A DNA stretch of 64,000 bases from NCBI GenBank assembly GCA_009692615.1, contig SHYW01000007.1, positions 245 through 64,244 of the forward strand, read 5' to 3'. Under the pieces are notes generated by a model, which was not told the origin of the DNA, ran no database searches, and worked only from the letters and a program-made list of their open reading frames with translations. Position 1 is the stretch's first letter. Each line of letters starts with the position of its first letter. This document shows positions 1 through 9,467 of the stretch, piece by piece. This stretch comes from Deltaproteobacteria bacterium (GTDB lineage Bacteria > Desulfobacterota > Binatia > UBA9968). The position numbers and the translations under genes are program-made.

Positions 1-2
1 TG

Positions 3-95
3 TTGGGCCAACACACCGACGATGTGCTGGGCAATGTCCTGGGCCTGAGCGGCGCGCAGCTAAGCGACCTGCGCGCCGGCAAAGTCATCAAGTAG
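3..95 (+). CDS. 3' end of a gene entering the window; probable CoA-transferase family III (CaiB/BaiF)
   Basis: Frame reads LGQHTDDVLGNVLGLSGAQLSDLRAGKVIK*, matching the LGQHTxxVL..LGL....L....VI C-terminus typical of CaiB/BaiF; partial. Confidence 0.65.
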   Translation: MGQHTDDVLGNVLGLSGAQLSDLRAGKVIK

Positions 96-103
96 CGAGA
101 GTC

Positions 104-277
104 TCGGATTCGGATTTTTCTCCCGCAAAGGTGCTGGGACGCAAAGGTAAGAAAATAACGACTGTCATTTCGACCGAAGGGAGAAATCTCTCCGATCTTC
201 GACGGCTTGGTCCGGATGACGGGCCTTGCCCGTCACTTAGCGCCTTTGCGCCTTTGCGAGAGACAATCCGACTCCGA
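104..277. repeat. Nested REP-like palindrome cluster between convergent genes
   Basis: Outer arms TCGGATTCGGATT..CGCAAAG..CGCAAAG (104-146) and CTTAGCGCCTTTGCGCCTTTGCGAGAGACAATCCGACTCCGA (236-277) enclose TGTCATTTCGACCGAAGGGAGAAATCT (163-189) and the hairpin TGACGGGCCTTGCCCGTCA (217-235). Confidence 0.75.
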
Positions 278-289
278 ATCTTCTATCCC

Positions 290-1372
290 TTACTTCAAAA
301 ACTCTTTCTGAAAATAATCAGTCCACTCGTTGGCTTTCTCGTGCATCGTTTCCGGGCTGATGTAGCTGGCGCGTTTGAAGCGGCCGCCGCCGGGTTTGAG
401 GTCGGCCTGGCGCGCCGGCACGTCCGGGTGTGACGGCAGGTAGTTGGCCGCTTGAATGATCCGTTGGCCTTTGCGCGACAACAGGAAATCGAGAAACAAC
501 ATCGCCGCGTGGGGATGGGGTGAATATTTCGCTAGACCGATGGTGCTGATGGTCGCCGTCACCGGCTCCAACGGCAGCCACTCCACCGGCGCGCCGGCGG
601 CCTTGCTGATGTAGGCATGGTGATTGAAAATTTGCAGCGCCATCGGATATTCGCCGGCGATTACTAAATCCAACACCTGGCGCGCGCTGGCGGTGGTCTT
701 GGCGATATTTTGCTGTTTCAGCTTTTGCAAATACGCCTTGCCGGCCTCCTGCCCCATGGTGAGAAGAATATGGCCGATGAACTGCGGCCCGCCCGAGCCC
801 CGGCTGGTGGACCACATGATCTGGCCTTTCCAACGCGGATGGAGCAAGTCCTCGTAGCTCTTCGGCACATCGGCGGCTTTGACGTTGCGCGTGTTGTAGG
901 CCGCGGTCATGAAATAGACGTTGCTGCTCGCCCAAAAACCCTTGGGATCTTTGAGTTCCGGCGGATACTCGGCCAGCTGCGGCGAAGTGAAACGCTGCAT
1001 GAAGCCCGCCTGCTGGATCATCGTCGTCGAGCCGCTGCCGCTGATCAGGTCGACGTCGTAACGCTTGGCCTGATATTCGAGCAACATCTTTTGCGCGACG
1101 CGCTCCGAGTTGCCGCGAAAAAATTCCAGTTGAACGAACGGATAGTCTTTTTCGAAAGCTTCCTTCAACGGCCGAACCACCTGATCGACGATCAGTCCGG
1201 TATAAAAATTAATCTTGCCTTCCTTCTTGGCGCCTTCGACGAGAGTCTTTTCCCGGTTGGGCGACTTGAGCAACGCGATCTCTTCCACGGTGGCGGCAAA
1301 CGGCGATCCCGCCCATTGCAGCGCCAGCACTAAAGCACCGACCGCCAATTGGTATGTTCCGCGCTTCATCAT
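290..1372 (-). CDS. Extracellular solute-binding protein (Fe3+/thiamine/polyamine-like ABC SBP), orphan
   Basis: Signal peptide; AKKEGKINFY, YNT..V...DVPKSYEDLLHPRWKG and PHPHAAMLFLDFLLSRKGQ motifs. Confidence 0.85.
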   Translation of the reverse strand: MMKRGTYQLAVGALVLALQWAGSPFAATVEEIALLKSPNREKTLVEGAKKEGKINFYTGLIVDQVVRPLKEAFEKDYPFVQLEFFRGNSERVAQKMLLEYQAKRYDVDLISGSGSTTMIQQAGFMQRFTSPQLAEYPPELKDPKGFWASSNVYFMTAAYNTRNVKAADVPKSYEDLLHPRWKGQIMWSTSRGSGGPQFIGHILLTMGQEAGKAYLQKLKQQNIAKTTASARQVLDLVIAGEYPMALQIFNHHAYISKAAGAPVEWLPLEPVTATISTIGLAKYSPHPHAAMLFLDFLLSRKGQRIIQAANYLPSHPDVPARQADLKPGGGRFKRASYISPETMHEKANEWTDYFQKEFLK

Positions 1373-1510
1373 CGCAATCTCCAGCTCAAAATAAACTCGT
1401 CAAACTCTAATCTTAGCGCCGCATCTTTATCAAGCCGGCGGCTGGTTTGACAGCGCCGCATCACTGCCATAATTTGTCGAAGTGAATCGGCAAGCGAAAA
1501 GGATAAACCC

Positions 1511-2599
1511 ATGCGTGTGATCGATTGCGACGCCCATGTCGAAGAGTGCGTCGAAACTTGGCAATATCTCGACCCGGAATTTTATTTACTGCGGCCGATC
1601 CCGCTGACCTTTCCCGAAGACACCTGCTTTGGCTGGCACAACGCCGCCTGGGTGATCGATTACAAGCTGCGCTTTTTCGCCGCCAACCCGACGACCATGG
1701 CGCGGGCGTCAAAGAAAGACGTATCGATCCCGGTGCAGGAAATGCGCGATGTCGAAACCCGCATGCGCCACATGGACGAGTTGGGCATCGACACCCAAGT
1801 GGTCTTTCCGTCCATCTGGTTGGGCTGCTTGGCCGAGAACGTCGAACTGGAAGCCGCGCTGGCGCGCAGCTACAACCAATTCATGGCCACCCAATGCGCT
1901 CAATCCGGCGGTCGCATCTGGTACGTCGCCATCGTCCCCTGGCGCCGGCCGGAGATGGCGGTGCAAGAAATCCGCCGGGTGAAAACTCTCGGCTCGGCCG
2001 CCGGCATCTACGCCCGCGGCATCGAGTGGGACCGGCCGCTCACCCATCCCGAGCACTGGCCGATTTTTGCAGAGGCGGCGAAGCAAGATTTGCCGGTGAC
2101 GGTTCATGTCGGCAACGGTTCCAGTCCGATGATTCGGGAAATGTTTCAAGGTGTGCCGCGGCCAACCTACGAAGACGGCCGCCCCCATATCCATCCCCTC
2201 GGCAAAGGCATCGTCAGCGGGCCGTACGTCCTCTACGCTTTCCAACAAATCTTAGGCTCGACACTGCTCGAAGATTTTCCCAAACTGCGGGTGGCATTTT
2301 TAGAAGCCGGCTCGGAGTGGACCACGCGCTTGATCAAAGGTTTGCGCGCGAGCAAGAAAACCAAGATCGATCAGTGGCTCGCCGAGCGGGTTTTCGTCTC
2401 CTGCGCCATGGACGACGATCTGCCCTACATCATCGGCAAGAACGGCGACGACTTTCTCGTCACCGCCACCGACTTTCCCCACGGCGACGCGTTCCGTCAG
2501 GATCAGTTGGCCAACGGCCTCAAAGCGCGCGGCGATCTGAGCGACGAAACCATGGAAAAGATTCTCTCGACTAATCCCCAGCGGCTGTTTCATTTTTAG
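1511..2599 (+). CDS. Amidohydrolase family protein (Amidohydro_2)
   Basis: IDCDAH metal motif, MDELGIDTQVVFPS, VHVG, FLEAG, TDFPHGD and NPQRLF. Confidence 0.88.
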   Translation: MRVIDCDAHVEECVETWQYLDPEFYLLRPIPLTFPEDTCFGWHNAAWVIDYKLRFFAANPTTMARASKKDVSIPVQEMRDVETRMRHMDELGIDTQVVFPSIWLGCLAENVELEAALARSYNQFMATQCAQSGGRIWYVAIVPWRRPEMAVQEIRRVKTLGSAAGIYARGIEWDRPLTHPEHWPIFAEAAKQDLPVTVHVGNGSSPMIREMFQGVPRPTYEDGRPHIHPLGKGIVSGPYVLYAFQQILGSTLLEDFPKLRVAFLEAGSEWTTRLIKGLRASKKTKIDQWLAERVFVSCAMDDDLPYIIGKNGDDFLVTATDFPHGDAFRQDQLANGLKARGDLSDETMEKILSTNPQRLFHF

Positions 2600-2647
2600 G
2601 CGCTTCAGGCTTTTGTCTGGATAGCGCGTCACGTCCAGTTTGTTTTT

Positions 2648-2843
2648 TTCACCACGAAGAGCACAGCGCGGCACAGCCGCAACCAAACGGGAAAGAGTTT
2701 TCACCACGAAGGGCACGAAGGGTTAGGAAAATTTTTAGTCCGAACTTCGTGCTCTTCGTGTCCTTCGTGGTGAATAAGTCTTCACGGTAAACCCGGAAGA
2801 ACCCATTTTTTAATATTTCGTAGGGGCGACCGGCGGTCGCCCT
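2648..2843. repeat. Mosaic of REP-like repeats (CACGAAG-type palindrome plus GTAG-type REP)
   Basis: TTCACCACGAAGGGCACGAAG...CTTCGTGCTCTTCGTGTCCTTCGTGGTGAA (2700-2774), a partial copy at 2648, and GTAGGGGCGACCGGCGGTCGCCCT (2820-2843). Confidence 0.8.
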
Positions 2844-2878
2844 TGGTCACGGGTGAGAATGACGGCTCGAAGAACGAA

Positions 2879-4510
2879 TCAGCCGTTCGTAGCCAGGCGA
2901 AAAATTTCCGCGTCGCGAAACAGTTGCAGCAGATCGCCGTCGATGGCGCCATGCTTGACTTCGTCGAGCAGTATATCGAGGGCGCGCTCCCGCGGCACGG
3001 CGCGTTTGTAGGGGCGGTCATTGGCCGATAGGGCGTCGTAAATATCTGAGATCGTCATCATCTTCGACTGGAACGGAATCGCCGGCGCCGCCAGATTGCG
3101 CGGGTAACCGGTGCCGTCGAGTTTCTCATGATGCGCCGAAGCGATCTCGGGAATATTTTTAATTTCCTTGGTCCAAGGGATCTGGCGCAAAAAACTCTGG
3201 GTGTGCGTGACGTGGGATTGAATCTGCAGCCGCTCGTCGTTATCCAGGCTGCCGCGGTCGATGGAAAGTAATTTAACTTCCGCGCTCGCCAACAGCGGCT
3301 GCGGTTGGCCCGCCGGATCGATGAACTGGCGCGCCGCCAGCTCGGCGAGCTGGGTAAAATTGCCCTCGCGCATCACCGTCGGCTCGTTGCAGCGCACGAT
3401 GAATTCGAGAAACTCATCGAGCTCACTCAATTGCGCGTCGAGTTCATTTTGAAACTCAGCCTGGCGGGCGAGAAATTCGGCCCGGCCTTTGGCCAAAAGA
3501 TAGGCCAGCTTGCGCTCGCTCTGTTCATGCTCCAGCGCTTTGCGCACATAGGCGAAACGCTGGCGGATCAGATCTAATTGCCGGGGATAAAGCTTTTTGG
3601 CCTTGACCAGCACCTCTTCGCGCACGCCGACCTTACCGAAATCATGCAGCAAGGACGCGTAGCGAATCTCTTTCATCTCGGCGCGGCTGAAACGAATGTC
3701 GCGGAAAGCCTGGCTATCGGCGCGGTCCACCGCCTCAGCCAATCCTACGGTTAGATCGGCGACGCGAAAGGAATGGCCGGAAGTGGTCGGATCGCGCGAC
3801 TCGATGGCGCCCACCGAAGCGCGCACGAAGCCCTCGAATAAATTTTCGATGCTGTCATAGAGCCGGTTGTTCTCGATCGCCACCGCCGCCTGGCTCGCCA
3901 CCGAGCGGAGCATCGGCCGGCATTGTTCGGGATAGGACGCCACGACATCGTCGACGGTTTGGCGATCAACGCGCGAATTAATGTCGCGCTTAAAATTGAT
4001 CAGTTGGATCACTCCGGTGATTTCACCGCGCGGATGTTTCATCGGCACCACCAACATCGACTTACAACGGTAACCGCTGTCCTCGTCGAATTTGGGATTG
4101 AAGCGAAACGGCAACTCCGGCGGGATCTGATAAACATCCGCCAAAGCGATCTCGTCGCCGGTGCTAGCGACGTAACCGGCCAGACTCGAACGATCGATGG
4201 CTAACAGCGATTCGGTAAACGGCACCGACACGCTGTCATTCTGAGTGATTTTGAAACGCAACGAGCGTTCGCCGCGGTCGTTCTCTTCGGTTAGATAAAG
4301 CGAGCCGGCGTCGCTGTTGGTGATCTCGCGGCACTTTTGCAGCATGAAACGGAGCAGCGCCTCGCGATCTTTTTCGGTCGACAGCGCGATGCCGATCTCA
4401 TTGAGCTGAGCGATTTCCCAACGAGCGCGATCGAGATCCTGTTCAAGCTCGACCTGGCGCGCGGGACTGATCGCAGTTAATTGTGGGGATAAATCCCGGC
4501 CATGAGTCAT
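2879..4510 (-). CDS. GAF + HD-GYP domain phosphodiesterase (probably c-di-GMP-specific)
   Basis: N-terminal GAF (DAGSLY, SMLVVPM, GVIQLIN); SRDPTTSGHSFRV, LHDFGKVG, HHEKLDGTGYP and DIYDAL..RPYK, with a helical insertion after the HD motif. Confidence 0.92.
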   Translation of the reverse strand: MTHGRDLSPQLTAISPARQVELEQDLDRARWEIAQLNEIGIALSTEKDREALLRFMLQKCREITNSDAGSLYLTEENDRGERSLRFKITQNDSVSVPFTESLLAIDRSSLAGYVASTGDEIALADVYQIPPELPFRFNPKFDEDSGYRCKSMLVVPMKHPRGEITGVIQLINFKRDINSRVDRQTVDDVVASYPEQCRPMLRSVASQAAVAIENNRLYDSIENLFEGFVRASVGAIESRDPTTSGHSFRVADLTVGLAEAVDRADSQAFRDIRFSRAEMKEIRYASLLHDFGKVGVREEVLVKAKKLYPRQLDLIRQRFAYVRKALEHEQSERKLAYLLAKGRAEFLARQAEFQNELDAQLSELDEFLEFIVRCNEPTVMREGNFTQLAELAARQFIDPAGQPQPLLASAEVKLLSIDRGSLDNDERLQIQSHVTHTQSFLRQIPWTKEIKNIPEIASAHHEKLDGTGYPRNLAAPAIPFQSKMMTISDIYDALSANDRPYKRAVPRERALDILLDEVKHGAIDGDLLQLFRDAEIFRLATNG

Positions 4511-4675
4511 AAATAGAAATATCTCTTCGACCGACGCTGAAAACCTATCCGAAAAGCGCCCACAGCGTCAACATGTCAGTCCATTTGCGGCGGCCACGGA
4601 CAATTCACCTGGCAGCGATGACATAATTTAGCAGATCTTTGGCGTTAAACTGCTTTCGCCTACACGGCAAACCCT

Positions 4676-4691
4676 CGGCATGGTTTCTGCT
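4676..4691 (+). promoter_or_regulatory. Putative sigma-54 (-24/-12) promoter of the GH44 gene
   Basis: CGGCATGGTTTCTGCT = GG-N10-GC, about 57 nt upstream of ATG 4749. Confidence 0.6.
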
Positions 4692-4748
4692 CGTTTCCCC
4701 GCCCGTAGTCGAATCATTGTATCCAACCAAAAAACGGGGGCCAAGATT

Positions 4749-6938
4749 ATGGTCTGTTCAAGTCGTAGCTACTTATCCCGCTTAATTCGTACCGTAGTCA
4801 TTTTTTTCGCGCTTGGCGCCGGCGCGCAGAATCCGCCAGCGACGATCAACGTCGACGTCAATTTGAATCGCCGGCCGATTAATCCGAACATTTACGGCGT
4901 TGCCCATGCGACTACCGCGCAGTTAAACGACTTGAACAGCCCACTCAACCGCAACGGCGGCAACAACACCAGCCGTTACAATTGGCAGTTGAACGCGGAC
5001 AATCGCGCCAACGATTGGTATTTCGAAAGCATACCGGAACCGAGCGCCGTGGCCGGTGAGCGCGGCGATACATTTATCGCAAATGCCAAGGCAGCCAATG
5101 CACAAGCAATGCTCACCATTCCGACGCTCGACTGGATCGCTAAGCTCGGAGCGAATCGCGGCAAGTTAGCGAGTTTTTCCATCGCCAAATACGGCGCCCA
5201 AACCGGCAACGACTGGCAATGGTTCGCGGACGCCGGCAACGGCATCCGCAGTGGCGGCGGTTACGTCACCGGCAACAATCCCAACGATGCCAACGTCGCG
5301 TCGAACTCGACGGTGCAGCAAAGCTGGGCGCAGCATTTAGTCAACCGCTGGGGCGCCAACAGCAACGGTGGTTTGCGCTATTACATTCTCGACAACGAGC
5401 CGAGCATCTGGCACGCCACGCATCGCGACGTCCATTCCACTGGCGCGACCATGGATGAGATCAAGAACAAAATTATCGACTTCGCCGGCAAGCTCAAAAT
5501 CGTCGATCCATCGGCCCTGGTGGTTGGCCCTGAGGAATGGGGTTGGAGCGGTTACACGCTCAGCGGCTACGATCAGCAGTACGGCAGCTTGCACGGCTGG
5601 AGCAATCTTCCCGATCGCGTCGCCCACGGCGGCTGGGATTACTTACCCTGGTTGCTCGATCAGCTGCGGCAAAATGACTTAGCCACCGGCAAACGCTTGC
5701 TCGATATTTTTACCGTGCATTACTACCCGCAAGGCGGGGAATTTAGCGACGACACTTCGACGGTGATGCAGCTTCGGCGCAATCGCTCGACGCGCTCGCT
5801 GTGGGACCCTAATTATATCGACGAAAGCTGGATCAACGACCGCGTCAAGTTAGTGCCGCGCCTGCGCGACTGGGTGAACGCCTACTATCCCGGCACGCTC
5901 ACCGGCATCACGGAATACAACTGGGGCGCGGAAAATCATATCAACGGTGCCACCGCGCAAGCCGACATCTATGGCATCTTCGGCCGCGAAGGCTTGGACA
6001 TGGCGGCGCGCTGGACCACGCCGGATGCCAGCACGCCGACTTACAAAGCGATGAGACTTTATCGCAACTACGACGGCAACAAGTCGACCTTCGGCGATGT
6101 CAGCGTCGCGGCAACGGCGGCGAATCCCGATAACGTCACGGTCTTCGCCGCCGAACGCTCCGCCGACGGCGCGCTGACGATCATGGCGATCAGCAAGTAT
6201 CTATCCGGCACGACCGCGGTGACGCTCAATCTCGCCAATTTTCCCCATAACGGCAGCGCCCATGTCTGGCAGCTCGGCGCGACCAATGCGATTAATCACC
6301 TGGGCGATGTCAATTTCATCGGCGGCAGTTTTAACTACACGCTGCCAGCCCAGAGTATCACACTTTTCGTTTTGCCCGCGGCGAGCGGCAACCAAACGCC
6401 GGTGGCGGTCATGTCGGCGCAACCCGGTTCAGGCACCGCGCCGCTGAATGTTGCCTTCACCGGCAGCAGCTCGACCGATGGCGACGGCTCCATCATCGCC
6501 TATGTTTGGAATTTTGGCGATGGCGCAACCGCTTCCGGTTCCACCGCGAATCATCTCTACAGCGCGCCGGGCAGCTACCTCGCGCGCTTGACCGTCACCG
6601 ACAACCAAGGCGCGACCAACTCGACCACTACGACGATCCAGGTCAACGCCAGCTTGCCGAGCGCACCGAGCAATCTAACGGCAAGCACGATCTCGCGCAG
6701 CCAGATCAATCTAAGCTGGTCCGACAACGCCAACAACGAAACCGGCTTTAAGATCGAACGTTGCACCGGTGCCACTTGCACCAACTTCGCGCAAATTGCC
6801 GCGGTGGGCGCCAACCTAAAAACTTTTGCCAATAGCGGCCTCAAACGCAACACCGCCTATCGCTATCGCGTGCGCGCTTATAACGGCGTGGCGGATTCAG
6901 CCTATTCAAATATCGCCGGTGCGATAACCGCGCGCTAG
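4749..6938 (+). CDS. Secreted glycoside hydrolase family 44 (endoglucanase/xyloglucanase-like) with PKD and FN3 domains
   Basis: PINPNIYG, RNGGNNTSRYNW, YILDNEPSIW (acid/base Glu) and ITEYNWG (nucleophile); PKD motif WNFGDG; C-terminal FN3. Start moved from 4680 to 4749 (G-rich RBS; 4680 lies inside the sigma-54 motif). Confidence 0.88.
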   Translation: MVCSSRSYLSRLIRTVVIFFALGAGAQNPPATINVDVNLNRRPINPNIYGVAHATTAQLNDLNSPLNRNGGNNTSRYNWQLNADNRANDWYFESIPEPSAVAGERGDTFIANAKAANAQAMLTIPTLDWIAKLGANRGKLASFSIAKYGAQTGNDWQWFADAGNGIRSGGGYVTGNNPNDANVASNSTVQQSWAQHLVNRWGANSNGGLRYYILDNEPSIWHATHRDVHSTGATMDEIKNKIIDFAGKLKIVDPSALVVGPEEWGWSGYTLSGYDQQYGSLHGWSNLPDRVAHGGWDYLPWLLDQLRQNDLATGKRLLDIFTVHYYPQGGEFSDDTSTVMQLRRNRSTRSLWDPNYIDESWINDRVKLVPRLRDWVNAYYPGTLTGITEYNWGAENHINGATAQADIYGIFGREGLDMAARWTTPDASTPTYKAMRLYRNYDGNKSTFGDVSVAATAANPDNVTVFAAERSADGALTIMAISKYLSGTTAVTLNLANFPHNGSAHVWQLGATNAINHLGDVNFIGGSFNYTLPAQSITLFVLPAASGNQTPVAVMSAQPGSGTAPLNVAFTGSSSTDGDGSIIAYVWNFGDGATASGSTANHLYSAPGSYLARLTVTDNQGATNSTTTTIQVNASLPSAPSNLTASTISRSQINLSWSDNANNETGFKIERCTGATCTNFAQIAAVGANLKTFANSGLKRNTAYRYRVRAYNGVADSAYSNIAGAITAR

Positions 6939-6950
6939 GCGAATCGGAAA

Positions 6951-7035
6951 TTGCACTACGTAGGACACGAAGATCACGAAGTTCGGGGTGATTATTTTCC
7001 TAAACCTTCGTGCCCTTCGTGCCGTCGTGGTGCAA
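6951..7035. repeat. CACGAAG-type long palindrome
   Basis: TTGCACTACGTAGGACACGAAGATCACGAAG...CTTCGTGCCCTTCGTGCCGTCGTGGTGCAA; the spacer resembles the reverse complement of the 2700 copy's spacer. Confidence 0.8.
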
Positions 7036-7345
7036 ACAAATTTTTCAACGACATAACAAACTTACGGTGAGCGATCGAATCTCCATCGACTCCAAAAAAC
7101 GCTCGAACATTGCCTAAACCACGCCGCTGGTGAAACCACACGCAAGCGACGCCAATCTTCGCCCGCAATTCTGAGCAGGACCAACGCACGTTCCCACCTA
7201 AGCGTAGCGAAAGGCCGCCGCCAGCAACTCAATCCTCGCCCAGCCGTCCAATTGTGTCGAACGCTTCGGCCAGCGGTGGAAACAATCAGAGAGCGCCAAG
7301 TGACATCGGGTAAGAACGATGAAAAAGAATTTTTCGTACAGCGGC

Positions 7346-7361
7346 TGGCATAGCACGTGCT
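7346..7361 (+). promoter_or_regulatory. Putative sigma-54 promoter of the metalloprotease gene
   Basis: TGGCATAGCACGTGCT = TGGCA..GG-N10-GC. Confidence 0.65.
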
Positions 7362-7450
7362 CCATTAGCGAGAAACCAAAGTTTCCAGGTCGGTGATGAC
7401 GCGGATGGGGTTGCCCCTCCAACGCGCTCGCCAACGAACCAGAAGCGCCC

Positions 7451-9298
7451 ATGAAAGGATTTTTTATCATGAAGCCAAAACCAGTTGGAGCGAAACGCTT
7501 TGTCGCATTTGCATCGGGTCTCTTGTTGTTTTTGTTCGCCGTGGCGCTGCACGCCCAAAGCCATCCCCATTTATTCAAAACCCGTCCAGTGCCGACCCAA
7601 GCTGGCCAAAATGGGCAAAGCGCTCTGCTCGGCGATATCGATCAAAATTTTTTAGGGAACGGTCCCGAAAACATGACCATCGTCCTTCCCGGCAAAGCCG
7701 ACCTGCTGGTCAATCGCGAACATCATCAAGCGCGCGGCGCGCGCAGCTTGGTCTGGCGCGGCGCCGCCCAAGGCGACTCCAGTCACAAAGTTACATTGAC
7801 CGTTCACAAAGGCATACTGCTCGGCCATATTCAGCACGGCAACGAGATTTTTACTCTGCGGCCGGCCGCCAATGGCCGCACCGTCGTCGAGAAAATTAAT
7901 TCCTCCAGTTTCGCGCCGGAGTGGGGCCATGATCAGCATACCCATGGCAAAGAGATGGTGCCGCCAGTAAGCGGTTCGATTGATGATCAAAGCACCACGA
8001 CCACTGCACCCGCCGTGGCGGCACTGGGTGCCACTACCGAGATCGTACTCATGTCGGTCTATACGCCGCAAGCGCGCGCCGCCGGCGGCGGCACGACGCA
8101 GATCCAGGGGCAAATTCAGGCCGCCGTCGATCAAGCCAATAGCGCCTTCATCAACAGCAACATGATCGGCCGTTATCGTCTCGCCTATGCGGGTGAAGTT
8201 GCCTACAACGATTCCGGCGTGATCACGACCGATTTGAATTGGGTCACTGGCGATGCCGGCGTGGCTTCGTTGCGCGATAGTAACGCCGCCGACATGGTGT
8301 CGCTGATTACCGCCAACGGCGGCGGCTACTGCGGCATCGGCTGGGTGCAGAGAAATCCGGGCTCCGGTTTCGCAGGGTACGCGTTTCAAGTCACCGCCCA
8401 AAGCTGCTTGACGAACCAGACTTTAGCCCACGAGCACGGCCACAACCTCGGCATGGAACATAACCCGGAAAGCGCCGGCGTGACTCCGGACCAGGCCTCC
8501 TATCCATACTCGTTCGCGCACTGGGTCAATGGTCAATTCCGCACGATCATGTCGTACGATGTTTGCAGCTTGGGTTGTCCGCGCGTTTTGAATTATTCCA
8601 ATCCCGATGTCCTCTACAACGGCGTCGCCACCGGCGTGCTCGATCAACGGGACAACGCGCAAACCGCCGATAACACCGCAGCCATCGTCGCGGCGTTCCG
8701 CTCCGGCGGCGCCGTCACGGTAAACAATCCGCCGGTATTCACCGGCAATCCCATCGTCAAGCCCGACGCGACTCAAGGCGCGGCGTATTCCAGTACGCTC
8801 GCGGGCAGCGCCAGCGATGCCGACAACGATACGCTGAGCTTCAGCAAAAGCGCTGGGCCGGCTTGGCTGATCGTCAGCGCCAATGGCGCGCTGAGCGGCA
8901 CGCCAGGGTCCATCGACGTCGGGCTCAATAACTTCACGGTCACTGTCTCCGACGGCCGCGGCGGTTCCGCCAGCACCACGTTGCAGATCAACGTGGCGGC
9001 ACCGCTGATCACAGTAACGCCAACATTGACCGCGCCAACGAATTTAGCCGCAGCCTCCATCATGTCACGGCGCATCGATCTGTCCTGGGCGGACAACTCA
9101 GGCAACGAAAGCGGCTTCAAGATCGAGCGCTCGAATAACGGTTCGAGCTTCTCGCAGATCGCCACGGTGGGTGCCAACGTGACGACTTTCTCCGACACCA
9201 AGCGCCCCTCGGGTAGAACCTATTACTACCGCGTGCGCAGCTTCAACAACACAAACAACTCCGGTTATTCGAACATGGCTCATATGATGGCGAAGTAA
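7451..9298 (+). CDS. Secreted M12/reprolysin-like zinc metalloprotease with an Ig/cadherin-like and an FN3 domain
   Basis: Signal peptide; metzincin motif HEHGHNLGMEH and Met-turn RTIMSY; NNPPVF..DADNDTL..GPAWL..LSGTP Ig-like repeat; C-terminal FN3. Start could be 7469. Confidence 0.88.
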   Translation: MKGFFIMKPKPVGAKRFVAFASGLLLFLFAVALHAQSHPHLFKTRPVPTQAGQNGQSALLGDIDQNFLGNGPENMTIVLPGKADLLVNREHHQARGARSLVWRGAAQGDSSHKVTLTVHKGILLGHIQHGNEIFTLRPAANGRTVVEKINSSSFAPEWGHDQHTHGKEMVPPVSGSIDDQSTTTTAPAVAALGATTEIVLMSVYTPQARAAGGGTTQIQGQIQAAVDQANSAFINSNMIGRYRLAYAGEVAYNDSGVITTDLNWVTGDAGVASLRDSNAADMVSLITANGGGYCGIGWVQRNPGSGFAGYAFQVTAQSCLTNQTLAHEHGHNLGMEHNPESAGVTPDQASYPYSFAHWVNGQFRTIMSYDVCSLGCPRVLNYSNPDVLYNGVATGVLDQRDNAQTADNTAAIVAAFRSGGAVTVNNPPVFTGNPIVKPDATQGAAYSSTLAGSASDADNDTLSFSKSAGPAWLIVSANGALSGTPGSIDVGLNNFTVTVSDGRGGSASTTLQINVAAPLITVTPTLTAPTNLAAASIMSRRIDLSWADNSGNESGFKIERSNNGSSFSQIATVGANVTTFSDTKRPSGRTYYYRVRSFNNTNNSGYSNMAHMMAK

Positions 9299-9329
9299 TC
9301 CCACAGGTTCGAAACCAGAAGGTTTAACC

Positions 9330-9366
9330 AACCGGCTCGGCGTACAACGCCGAGCCGGTTTTTTTT
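9330..9366 (+). terminator. Rho-independent terminator
   Basis: AACCGGCTCGGCGT-ACA-ACGCCGAGCCGGTT followed by a T run, about 30 nt after the protease stop. Confidence 0.85.
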
Positions 9367-9467
9367 CGCCGCTGTAAACCGATAATTCTCCCGCGAAAAC
9401 CAACCTAGCCGTGGACATTCTTGGCGCCTTGGCATAAGTCATTTGGCACAGCCGATAAAAAGGAACT

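Noticed and set aside
120..150. GGGACGCAAAG resembling the c-di-GMP-I riboswitch core
   Set aside because: No GGCAAAC..GAAA P2 stem. It lies between convergent gene ends and is the left arm of a CGCAAAG-type palindrome.
1525..2574. Long alternative-frame and antisense ORFs (e.g. 1525-2574, 7652-8401, 24520-25317, 53907-54713, 55992-56765)
   Set aside because: Arg/Ala/Pro-rich shadow ORFs overlapping well-supported genes, as expected from high GC3 codon bias.
2648..2774. Repeated CACGAAG units as a possible CRISPR array
   Set aside because: No constant repeat with unique spacers, the units form inverted arms, and no cas genes are present.
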